Below are positions 40,930 to 52,900 of a stretch of 64,000 bases of DNA, piece after piece. The stretch's first letter is position 1. Every line of letters starts with the position of its first letter. Origin of the DNA: Diadema antillarum. Lineage: Eukaryota. Both the position numbers and the translations under genes were made by a program. The notes beneath the pieces were generated by a model, which made no database searches, was not told the origin of the DNA, and worked only from the letters and a program-made list of their open reading frames with translations. The stretch is from contig NW_027270922.1 of the NCBI RefSeq assembly GCF_040938485.1, positions 1,116,001 through 1,180,000 of the forward strand. The letters run 5' to 3'.

Positions 40930-43900
40930 GTGCGTTTAATGGTCTAGCTCTGTCTATTGAGTATAGGTATTCGAGCTAGTTTAATCCCATGCGATAGGCA
41001 AAGTGTCCCAGATTTACAGCGTGCAACGCAGCACTTGTTTCACCCACTGCACACGCACGCTCTCGCTCCGAGCTCCGGCCAAGGAGGTTCTCTCATATAC
41101 CTCCTTGACCTTGCTCCGGCTAACTACTGAGTATTTACACACAGCCCAGTCACTGTAAAAAGCGTCGGGCTAGCCCCGGTCGCTTTCTGAGGGAGAACTC
41201 TGGTCGCATTCGTCAGCAAAACGTCATCGGCAGACACGTCCACGCTACACAACTCAGTACAACATCCATGCTTAATTCGAGCAACCTGATCCTGCAGGGC
41301 CCTGCCCCTGGCCCTGTAGCGTTAATAAAGTGGTCAGGAGACCAGGGAGGCATTTCATGAAGCATTTTGTCAAATATTTTTTCTGACAAACTGTTGGCCT
41401 AGACTGTCGGCTAGCGCCAGCCGGGCCGTGTTGCCATCCGTTCATTGGTCCGTTAAGGAAGTGCGCGGCATGTGTGTGCGCGGTAGACTGAATGGTGATC
41501 ATCAGCGTAGCCGTACACGTAGCTGATAGCAATCGTCATTTGGGTCAATTTGATATGAAAACGATTAGAAAATTCCAAATAACACGGTATGATTCCCAAT
41601 GACCTGATTTTCATCAATCTCTTCACATATTTCATAATGTTAGAACGTGATAGAAGATAATTTTAAGAATCACCAGCTCAGCATACAACCAGCCATGTTC
41701 CTATCTCAACAACACTATTACTAGTATGCACTTTACTTCATCGACAGCCGTGTTGCCATCTATGTTTGACAGATACAAATGCACTTTATTCCATAGGAGA
41801 CAGCCGTGTTGCCATCTCAATGACACATATAGAAATGCACTTTACTTCATTAAGAGACAGCCGTGTTGCCATCTCAATTACACGTCACATCAAGAAATAC
41901 ACTTTTTATTCAATAAAAGACAGACAGCTGTGTTGCCATCTGAAACTGTGTATGTGCGTAGGTGCGGGAGCGGTGTGTGTGGCGAATGGAAACTGTAATG
42001 GCAACACGGCTGGCGCTAGCCGACAGTTTAGCCTACAAGCTATTGAAATCCTTGCATCTGATTGGCTGATAGCAAATTTGTCAGAAAAAATATCAGACAA
42101 AATGCTTCATGATATGCCCCAAGAACTTCAGTTCTGTATAGGTCTAAAACTTTTTGGGGTGTTCTCTCAGTTTTTCTGACACACTGCAGTTATTCATTAC
42201 AATTAGATTCATGTTACATGACTAGGGGAGGGCCCCTAATTGTAATATTTGTATGAGTGACTTATCATAGTTATGGGTAAACTTGGCCTAGCTGGTTAAT
42301 TCGGCCACTTGTAGTGCGTGCACTGGGGGCCGAGTTTACCCATAACTACATTACCGAATTACTGGTACTGGCATCTATAGCCACAGGGGTGGTAGCTTCG
42401 TTAGTCGTAATAAAGAAAAATTCTCATGAAAGTAGCACAGGGGCTGAGTGTTGCAGAATAAAGCTTACAGTTGTCTTCTGATTTCCAGGTTAAAATGCTT
42501 CCTTAGAATGCTGGAGATCATTGCAATTTCTGTGTGTGTGCGCGCATGCTATTTAATACAAAGGCATCTGTTTACATGAAAGAAGCATGCTGTTTACAAG
42601 ATTTACATAATGCAAGTAAAAATGATACCCCGACCTTTGTTTAATGTACAAATGTATTTCTCCCATCAGGTAAAGATGAAAGTCATCTTCAAGTGTTTGT
42701 GATAGACTATCGGTACAATGCACATAGCCTTTGCGATTAAAAAAAAAAAAAAAGTTCTGCTCCAATAATGTCTGATGTAGCACATCAAATATATTCTTGA
42801 AATCCCTTGTTATGACGTCGAAAAGGGTAAGAAAAAAAAAGCTAGTGCGTACAGCAAACTGGAATACAAGCTGGTACATCAATTGGAAGTTTTCTGTCGT
42901 ACTGATAGATATTCTGTGATGTGTGATAGATGGAGTGTATAGAGATTATGACATGTTTTGTGTTGTATTACAGCAAATTTCCTTACATTTTGGTGTAACT
43001 TTTTCTTCCTTTTTATTTTAGGCCTTCAGCCATGAAATGTCCATTTCCCTTCGCTATCAAGCGGACAATCCATATTGCAAAGCAGTGCGAGGAGTTCCAA
43101 ATCGATCAACGACTCTGCTCATGCGAGTGAAGAGGCGCTACAAGAGGCAGCAGCCCGACTCTGTGGCTGATGGCGAGACAGACGAAAATGATGTTGTGTC
43201 TCATTCAGAGTACAGTGCTGAGACTGTGGGTGTTGTAGGACAGACTTATGATTTCCCACGTAAGTTCCTATCACCATTCATTATTAAAGAGCAGTGAATA
43301 AATGCCATGCATCATCCGTACAGAGTCCGAGATCATAAGAGGAAGAAAAGTGTGTGTAAAGCCTACTTTGGCGATACTTTACAAGTTTTCTCCTTTGATT
43401 TTCTATTTTTATTTTGATAATTTTTTCTGTAGTATTAGTAGGGCAAATTACGAAGTACACAAGTGTCAATGTAGGTATCAGTTTTATGGCTTAGCATAGA
43501 CTGCCAAAATCATATGATCTGCAAAAACCAACAAAATTATTTTCCTGACATTATATAGCTTTTGTGATGACGCATCATTTGTGTTTCTTGACACAATGAT
43601 GACTAAAATAGAGAATTTGAATATATGCAAAGTTATACAATTGTTTTGCTGCTTCAGATCCACATTTTCTGTTCATACAGAATTACAAGCACTTAAGGAG
43701 TGCTCATGGAGTGATGTACACATAAATATCCTGTATAGGTGTTTCAGAAGATTTCTTGGACTTTTTACGAATTAATGCTTATGAAAATGCATATTAACAA
43801 GTTACCAGTTGCTTGTTTGAAAGAGTGGGGCTAACCAAAGTGTGATGACATTTCAACATGGTTCTTTGCATAAGACAGGAGCTGATGCAACAATTCATCA

Positions 43901-46900
43901 TTGCCGGCTTTGATATGGAAGCTATTGTAAATTTGATAAAGTGTACTAGTATTTTAGTTTCTAGTATATTACTTTACCAAGTTGATAAATTGCTTGTGCA
44001 AGACAAGAACTGCTTTATTTTATGGGGAGACTCCGTTATGTTTATCCTTACATCCACAGATCTCTGTGATTTCCAGTACCTGCCTTACCACAAACCAGAG
44101 GGACAAGAGCCACAGGGACTAATAGAGAAAATACTGCCCTCTGCTGGCGAGGACCTCAGCTACATCGACCGTGAGGTGCCCAGGTTCATGCTTCCGGAGG
44201 CCTTCTCCCGCTTCGACTCCCCTGTTGCTTATGGCTACAAGGCCAACATTCAGCCACGGGAACCCCAGCAAGTGGAGCCAGAGTTCAAGTCCAAGCTGGT
44301 GCACCACGGCCGCCTGAAGCGCACCAATTATGCCGTTGTCATCTCCTGGACGAAGGACTTTAAGGTGCCCACAAGGCCCCACCCAGGGGCCGTAGAACAC
44401 CTCCAGGCCCAGAAGCCAGGAGATGCCCTGGAGCAATTAAAAAAGGTATTTTGCTTTTCCTGTTTCATGCCTTTTCATCTCAAAGACTACACTGATGAAT
44501 CATGACTGCTCTCTCGCAATGTCTTGAAGGAATTCAAACAGGAGTTCACTGTGAAGTAGAAGCAAGAAATTTTACCACTTGAATTTTTGTTCACATTGCA
44601 TGAGACTGTGCATGGTGAAGTAGTCCTCAGTTCTTTTTTTTTTTTCTTCTTTTTCATGTTAGAACAGACTCCAAAGAAAGTTTCAATGTTATTTTGCCCA
44701 AAACTCATTCGAAACTCAAGTATCACTGAATAGACAGGACATGTTTTATTACCACAGATGTGTGAGGAACAGAAGAAAAAGAAAATAATGTCAAAATCTT
44801 CGCATGATTGTAAGAATATGTGCTGAAGTTTGCAAAGCCGATTAAAATTTTGCCACATTGATATTAAATTGATTGATATTTCTGCTAGGAATATATAAAT
44901 GATCAGCCAAAAATAATGAATTTTGGTATACCAGCCTGAACATGCACAAAAAATTAAAACTGCGCAATTATGCAGACATTAAAAATGTGCACACCTGAGC
45001 TGTTTCACCGAGGAATGAAACTGCCCTTGCTGCAAATAGGCAAACAAGGATAATTACTCTAGGTCATACTATTTGTTGTGTGTATGTTTGCTTGTGAATG
45101 ATACTAACTACTAACAAATTTATTTGGACTGTTTGTGTGCTGTTTATGGGCAAGTCCAAGATAACACGCGCGTTACGTATGGGACATTCAGAGACTTTTA
45201 TGACCTGAAAAATAGTGTTAATTGCTTTTGATCATATTAAACTTTATCATGGTGATTGATATCTAGGAGAAGTATAATCATGCAAAAAATGGAGAAAAAT
45301 GACCTTCACAATTATATTCTCGAAGAGAAAATATGTGCCGTTACGTATGGGACCAGAAAAATTTTGTTTTTTTGAACACTTTTTTCAACCTCAAAACTCT
45401 CTGAAAGTATTTCATTCTACAACTTGTAACTCACTGTGATGAAAGTCACAACACTCAAGATTATCACAAGTAAGTTTCGTGTCATTGGGCAAAAAGCTCT
45501 AATTACAGGTTCTAATTAAAGACAGACATGACGTGTTACGTATGGGACAGTTACGTATGGGACAGTTTGTCCCCCATTCATTTAGTGTGTGAAGAACCAT
45601 GTTTATGGGTATTTTGCATAATTATTGAAGTAAAATCAGTTGAAACTACTCAAATACTGATCCAGATTGTCAAGGAAACAATATTCCCCAAATATTCACC
45701 ATCCTAATCATATTCAATCATATTTTTATATTTTTATGACCAACCTGAGTATGCATGCCCTTTGTCCCCCATTCATTTAGTGTGTGAAGAACCATGTTTA
45801 TGGGTATTTTGCATAATTATTGAAATTGAATCAGTTGAAACTACTCAAATACTGATCCAGATTGACAAGGGAACAATATTCCCCAAATATTTACCATCAT
45901 AATCATATCTAATCATATTCTATATTTTTATGACCAACCTGAGTATGTATGCCCTATTTTTATCAGGATAGTTACTACTGAAAAATTGAATAGTTTAAAG
46001 TGTTTACTTCCATTGATGAAGGGCAGTTTGCCATTTTGTTTCAATAAAAAACAATGTGACACAAGAAATATTAATTTTTATAAATAAGCAATACCTGCTG
46101 CGTGGAACCCCAGTGATCGAGTAGATATATGATGTCTGTCTAGCAGTCAGGTCATTGATTCGAGTCACACCTCAGTATGTATCTACCCATGAATTTTGTC
46201 GTGGCTATTATTGAAACCTGAATAAGGACAATTTGTGTATCACCTGCAATAAAAACAAAATAATTTTACTTCATATTTTTTTTTAATATTTATATCACAA
46301 CCATTTCAAATTGGATCTCCATCACTAAACTTTGAATTCCTCTAGTCTTAGGATTGTATGCTCTTTAGTAATTCATATAATTGGTTTCCAATCATCTCAT
46401 TAAATGTTGAAAACTGAATCCCCATTTCTGCAAAAAACTATACCATCCCTTTAATGCTGATTTTTCATTGTGTATTTTGCCATTTTCCCCTCCCCCTTTC
46501 TGAAAATTGTTCAGTCAAGTACATGTATTGTTTAAAGTGTCTATAACTCAAAAAGTAGCTACAATGTTGGGATGCTTTCTTCAGGATGATTGACCATTTG
46601 TGTACTGAGAGACCTTCCCAGCTAGCTACATGCATTCACATGCATTATGTATGAGGATGTCCCATACGTAACGCATTTGTCCCATACGTAACATTATTTC
46701 AATGCCTAATAAAAAATATTTCTTTTACTGTTTTTTCTTTTTTCTATGGTATTTAATTTCTCTAAACAATAAATTAGAACTTTCCAAAAGGGCATTAATA
46801 TAACCTTAGCAATTTCAGAAAAAACCTAAAAAAATGACCTCAATTTGTTACGTATGGGACATCTCATGATAGGACACGAGCTAATTTGCATAATCATTTG

Positions 46901-49900
46901 CATAATCCCTAAATTTTCATACCAAGTTAAACTATTTGATGAACTTCTTATGTCCACATATTACTCAAATATCATTTGCTTTCCTTTGAATTAATATGAA
47001 TTTTTATAAATGTCCCATACGTAACACTGTGTTTCACATTTATGCAAATGAAGCCCTTGAAATTTGCATAAATTTACGTAATATAATTTTTTCCTCCATG
47101 GAAATCAAAACTTCAACTCATAAGCTTCAAAATGATACCAAACATGTCAATATTGAGCAAAGATGAAATTTTGCCTTCTGAGGGGACCTTATCTTGGACT
47201 TGCCCTTATGTATGTTTATGTACTTCTACTGAGTAGGGATATTGTGTCCAGGCCAATTTTCAACATATGTATGGGATAGCACAGCTGCAAGTTTTTTTTT
47301 TAGCAAGGTCATATAATTACTATTCCCATGGTTATCTTGTTTTTGTTTTTCTGATAGAAAAAATACAATTTGTAGCTATAAATGATGTGAAAATAACATC
47401 TGCATGGTTGTTATGAGGTCTATGTAGTACGAATGAATAAAACACTCGCTGCAAGTATCATACCAACATTTATAGGCTCAAAGTACAGTAGTAGTAAAGG
47501 AACTTTACAAATTGGAAAATCTATGGCAACCTTTTTTGCACTTTTGCAAAGTGGAGAACTTTACTTGAAGTATATCTGTATGAGTTGATGTGTGGAAATT
47601 ACTGTACATCTATATCTTTGAAAAATTCAGAAGAAATCTGTTGTCAATGTAACTACTGACAGTTTCGCAAGAATCCGATTCTTGTGAGGTCAACTGAAAA
47701 ATTCACTCCATGCCAAGCAGACTTTGAGAGAGTTTGATATCAGGCAAAGTGTAACAATGACAGTTTCAGTAAATATTGGACTAGAAGTACATGTAAGTAG
47801 GCAATGGATTTTTGTTCCAAATCTTTGTCATGAGACAGTAATAATGCATGCAGTCACTTCAATATATTTCACATCGAATTTGCATCTTGCTGTTCTGGAG
47901 TTTCATTTTAAAGCCCTTCATGTGCACGGGCACTAAGCTTTACTTGCCAAATTTTTTATCAGTATTCATTGATCATCCGAACTTGACCTAGTTGTACAGA
48001 GAATAATAAACTAAACTCAGCTTGAATGTAGCAGTGTGCTTCGGTCTGACAAGCAGGCTATGATGACACGGTACGGATTGGGGTATTACACGTACATTTG
48101 TAGGTAATCAATCTGTTTCAAAACATCTTTGCCAGTCAACGCAGAAATCACTCTGGTGTGCATGTCAATCAACAAACATAACACAGTAAGGGTTTATATA
48201 GCAGTGATAGCTCTGACAGAGAAAAAAAAATTATGAAAAATATGACTGTATAGAGGCATGATTGCTAACTTATTGAAAAGAAAAAGAAACAAAAACTGGA
48301 AAAGCATTCATATGGTGCAAACCTCCACCAAACAGCTCATCATCCATTATACACGAATGCTGAAAATTGCCCAGTGTCCCAATTAAAGCACAGAAGCCTT
48401 TGTGTACATCATCAGCTTCCAGGTACGCGCTCTGGAACTGAGCAGAGGACATGCTTTTAATAGAGCACGTACATGTATCACATGCAAACCTCAAATACAC
48501 CCAGCTTGAATTCCCAAGTTCATTGACCCTATCTGCCAAAAGATAAAGAGTGCTTCCATAAAAATTCGTGCATCACTATTGAAATTTCATCGTCTCTTCC
48601 TTGTGTCATTATCAACGTTTCCTGGAAGTTTCATTCAGATCCATTCACAACTTTATGAATTATTTTGCAAACAGTAAACAAACCACCGACAAGGAAAACA
48701 ATCATTAACCTCCCCTTTCTTGGTGGAGGAAAAACAAACAAACAAACAAACAACTCTAGTGTATCAACCTTGGCAGTTATCTGAAAAACATTGCACTATC
48801 ACGGGCTGTTGTTGTTGTTGTTTTTGTTGTTGTTGTTGTTGTTGTTTTTGTTGTTGTTTTGTTGTTAATGAGGATACATCTCCACATTGAAAATGAATCA
48901 TGACAGTAATTAATTGACCAATTAGCTTTATTTCAGTGTGTACAGTTGGACAAATGTACATTAAAATGGAAGTGTTTTTTTTAATATAAATGTTATTTAT
49001 CTGCCAACATGTACACCTCTAAATACATTGTAGCTGCAAGATAAGGTTTTTTAAAATTTTATTGCCACATTTCATGCAAAATGCAAACCGAACTGCCTCA
49101 TTATACAATGTAGTTCACATAAAACCCAAGTGTGCCTTAAGTATTTATGCGTATTCTAAAACTTGCTGCTAGGCATTGCACAGAAGGCATTGTGTGTCAG
49201 AATTCATGCATTGATTGATTTTTGGAATAACTTTTCTGTCAACAAAGGAAAATTTGAAGGGATGCTTACAGAAAAACACACACTATCAGCACTACAGTTC
49301 ATATTGAGAATGTGTATCTCAGCTATCTAATTTAAAAAAAAAACAGAATGATGCTTTTTTTTTCTTTTTTTTTTAGTAACCAGAGAAAGTGACAAGTTTT
49401 CAAAATGCAGAATTCAACTTGTCTGCCAATATGTGGTGGGCAATACACTGTTTGCAATACACTGTATGCATTTGCTTTTTACAATGCGGAATACTGTGCC
49501 ACACATATTCAGCAACATACGTTGTCCCACATACTACAGTAGTTTATGATACAGATGTCGACAGTGTACTTTAAGATATACGTGTAATTTGTATATTAAG
49601 GTCTGTGTCCAAACTGTACATGATATGTCATTAAAGGTCATGATCACACTGTATGTACATTGTAAGCCATATAAAATGTACCATGGGTTTTATTTTCATA
49701 AATTTGGGGAGTTAGGTGCTATTTAGGAATTTTAAAACACACAAAAATATTAACTCTGATCTCAACATGAAGGAGACATGCATCACACACTTCTTTGTCC
49801 AATACTGTACATACTCCACGATTCCATGATTGGGAATTAATTGTTGGGAGTCCTGATGCACAAAAATCAGACTTGCTCAATATGTCGTGTATATATAGTG

Positions 49901-52900
49901 GTAACACATTTTATGCTGGCACTTCAGCAAATACCATTTATGCACACTTTCCACAAAATGAAAGGATGAACATATGGGCAATTCCATGGGAATGTGGACA
50001 TGGCACTAAAATTTCAACTTTATCATATTGCAAAATAATTACTCATTCTGTATTACCCATATATTGAAGTTAAAGAAACTCAAAGAATTATATCAATCGG
50101 TCAAATATTCCCCGAGAAACAGCTACAAATGTTGAAGACAATTTTTCAGTCATCCAAATTGCTAAAATGCATGCTTAACTTGATATAATTTTTTTAAATA
50201 AAAAAATTCTGCTAGCACTTCAATTAATTTATTTTAAAGAAGCAAATTGGTTCTACTTCAGTCTCCCATGAGGAAATTTTTATGCCACCTTCAAAAAATT
50301 CTAATCACCACATGAAAGTTCAGCCCTTGAGCCATGTAACGCGAGTTACCGAAACAAGAAATATTTTTCATTCTGAAGGAAGCAGTGGAGGTAATTTGTT
50401 GGGAATCATAATTTTCTAAATTCATCACACACTGATACTGTACACAGGATGTTGACTTGAATAAACACTGTTATCACATTAAAAAATGTCAATGAAAAGT
50501 GTAACGCGAGTTACCATGTAACGCGAGTTACCAGCATGTAACGCGAGTTACCAACTATAAACACAAGTTTCCCCCAACATAAGCAAATTTTAGCACTTAA
50601 TTGAGCTAGATTGTGGCGAAAACAATCAAATGCAGTGCTATACACACTATGCTGGACTGAAACAAAGGAGGGCAGCCTAATAAACTGTGATTAGCATCAA
50701 GGCCACTGATCACATGCCACATTGAAGAGTCTAGCCTGGCTTTCACTGCATATTGTACATGTATCCAGCAGTGAATGAGACCATTAGATTTATCTTTTGA
50801 ATTTCCTGCATCAGTATTACAGAATTTTTATTACAGAATGCTATAAAGCACAGCAAGTGTTGGTTCTAATCCTTGTTCGGTGGTCTACTGAAGATGACAC
50901 TTGTCCGGAGATCAGGAGGTTGTGGGTTCGAATCCTGCTCAAGTATGTATGCCCATGATTTTTTATCATGGCTACCGCGGTACTAATAAAACACTGATCA
51001 ATTCAGTGAGCTTATTAACGTTGATGTAGGGCAATTTGTCAATCAGTTGCATTGAAAACATCTCAACGGAAGAATTTCATGAATTTGAATAATTACACAG
51101 TACCCACTGCATGTTATAAGGATTAGAACCAGCACTTGCTGTCGGGCGAAAGCACGGTGGTCTAGTGGAGATGACACCTGTCCGGTGATCAGGAGGTCGT
51201 AAGTTTGAATACTGCTTGAGTATGTACGCCCATGACTTTTTTATCATGGCTACTACTAAAACACTGATCAATTCAGTGCTTATTTACGTCGATGTAGGGT
51301 AATAAGCCAGTTCGTATACACTGTAGCTCATGTACACATTGGTACAAATGACCTTTCTTTTTTCTCAGTTGGTTCGGCACTTCACTTGTTTTCAAAGCAG
51401 CATAATGCATAAGCTTGCATGACATAACAATTTATGAAACTTCTGTTCAAAAAAAGAATGAACTAGCATTTAGATCAGGGGATCAGAATACTCCCATCAG
51501 TTTATAATTTAGCAGGCATCCACTTCATTGTTTTGTATTGAATGCAGTAACAGCTTATTTCCGTTTATATTGCAAAATACCATTCTTGCTGTCAGGTGGA
51601 TGTGCTGGCAAGCATCATTTAGATAAGGATCGCATGAATAATCATCGCATCACAGATGCTTATGTCAGTGAATTTACAAACCAAAATGCCTGTTCGTACA
51701 AATGATCTTTTTTTGTTCATGCACAAAGTGGAATTACGAACTGGTCTTTTTGTCAATCAGTTGCAAAGAAATGTACTAGTTTTCACTCCTCACAAAGATA
51801 GGATTTGAATTTTTGAAAGATTGTAAGCTGTTTCGTAAACTTATCAAGGGTTTGATACTTTTATGTTTTGTTTTAAAAAGACTTTCAACATTTTTCATCT
51901 TTACACTCTGAAACTTACAATGTAAGAATACACCTATATCATCTAGTATATATTCAAACATATTCAAGGTCTCTATGAGGAGTGAAGCTCTTATTAGTCT
52001 TAAACACACTCTTCTATTGGGTTTATTAGTAAAATATTTAACATTAATTCGTTTTACTATCTACACAAATAAGCATCTCTCAGATTATTCAACACAAGAT
52101 TCAGTGCCATCAGAACAATTGTATGTCATCAATTTGTGTCACCCTGTGTTAGTGGACATAATGTAACGCGAGTTACCGTAACGCGAGTTACCGACATAAA
52201 GGCTCCCTACATTTTTCCAGGTCATTGTTACTCAACTTTGATATTGTTAATTTATGAGTCCTAACCCACTACCAATTCAAGGTAGGAAAACTTTTATCAA
52301 GACTGTCTAGTATGAGGAGACTTTCCAAAAAGAGGTCTTCATAGAATTGACCATGTCCTTTTTGTGTAACGCGAGTTACCGAAATTAAATGATTCAAGAA
52401 TCCCAACATGTTTGTCCTTTATTTTTCTTTTTGGATTCATTTAGTTGGTGTATGTCTACTTAACCCATGATGAAAAAAGTAACTTGTAGATCCTACCAAT
52501 TACAAAGATATTGGCACATTATCCCAAAAATGTACCCATTATTTGTAACGCGAGTTACCGTGGAATTGCCCATATTCATTTCTCCCACCAGGGGGGTGTT
52601 TCATCAAGTTAGTCAGCGCTGACAAGTTGTCAGTCTCTGACAATCACCATGGTAACAGTCAGTGACCAGAACATCTCAGCCCATCAAAAGCAAGGATTTT
52701 GCTGAAATTGTTAGAGACTGACAACTTGTCAGCGCTGACTATTAAAATTGATGAAACACCCCCCAGAGCTCAGTAAAGCAACCATAAAAATGCATTCATC
52801 AGGATTCAGATGTAATGAAAAGGTAATATGAATGAGATTAACGTGATCATGAGGAAGCATTTTACTGACAGGGATCGATCTCTTTCAACATCATAAACAC

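Larger units (their letters stand above)
45148..47205. mobile_element. Sola2-like element 2
   Basis: TIR GGGCAAGTCCAAGATAA; TSD TTAT on both sides; 8 copies of GTTACGTATGGGAC. Confidence 0.85.
49976..52571. mobile_element. Sola2-like element 3
   Basis: TIR GGGCAATTCCA(T/C)GG; TSD ATAT on both sides; 8 copies of GTAACGCGAGTTACC. Confidence 0.85.

Noticed and set aside
41685-41941. CRISPR-like repeat-spacer array
   Set aside because: The 'spacers' are homologous to each other (tandem minisatellite), the array lies within a TIR element, the context is eukaryotic and no cas genes are present.
48058-48140. C/D snoRNA starting at ATGATGA
   Set aside because: No box D (CTGA) or terminal stem at a suitable distance.
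50875-50950. tRNA gene
   Set aside because: A/B boxes are present, but no acceptor-stem closure was found and the sequence continues into a body shared with a second copy, so it is a SINE head.
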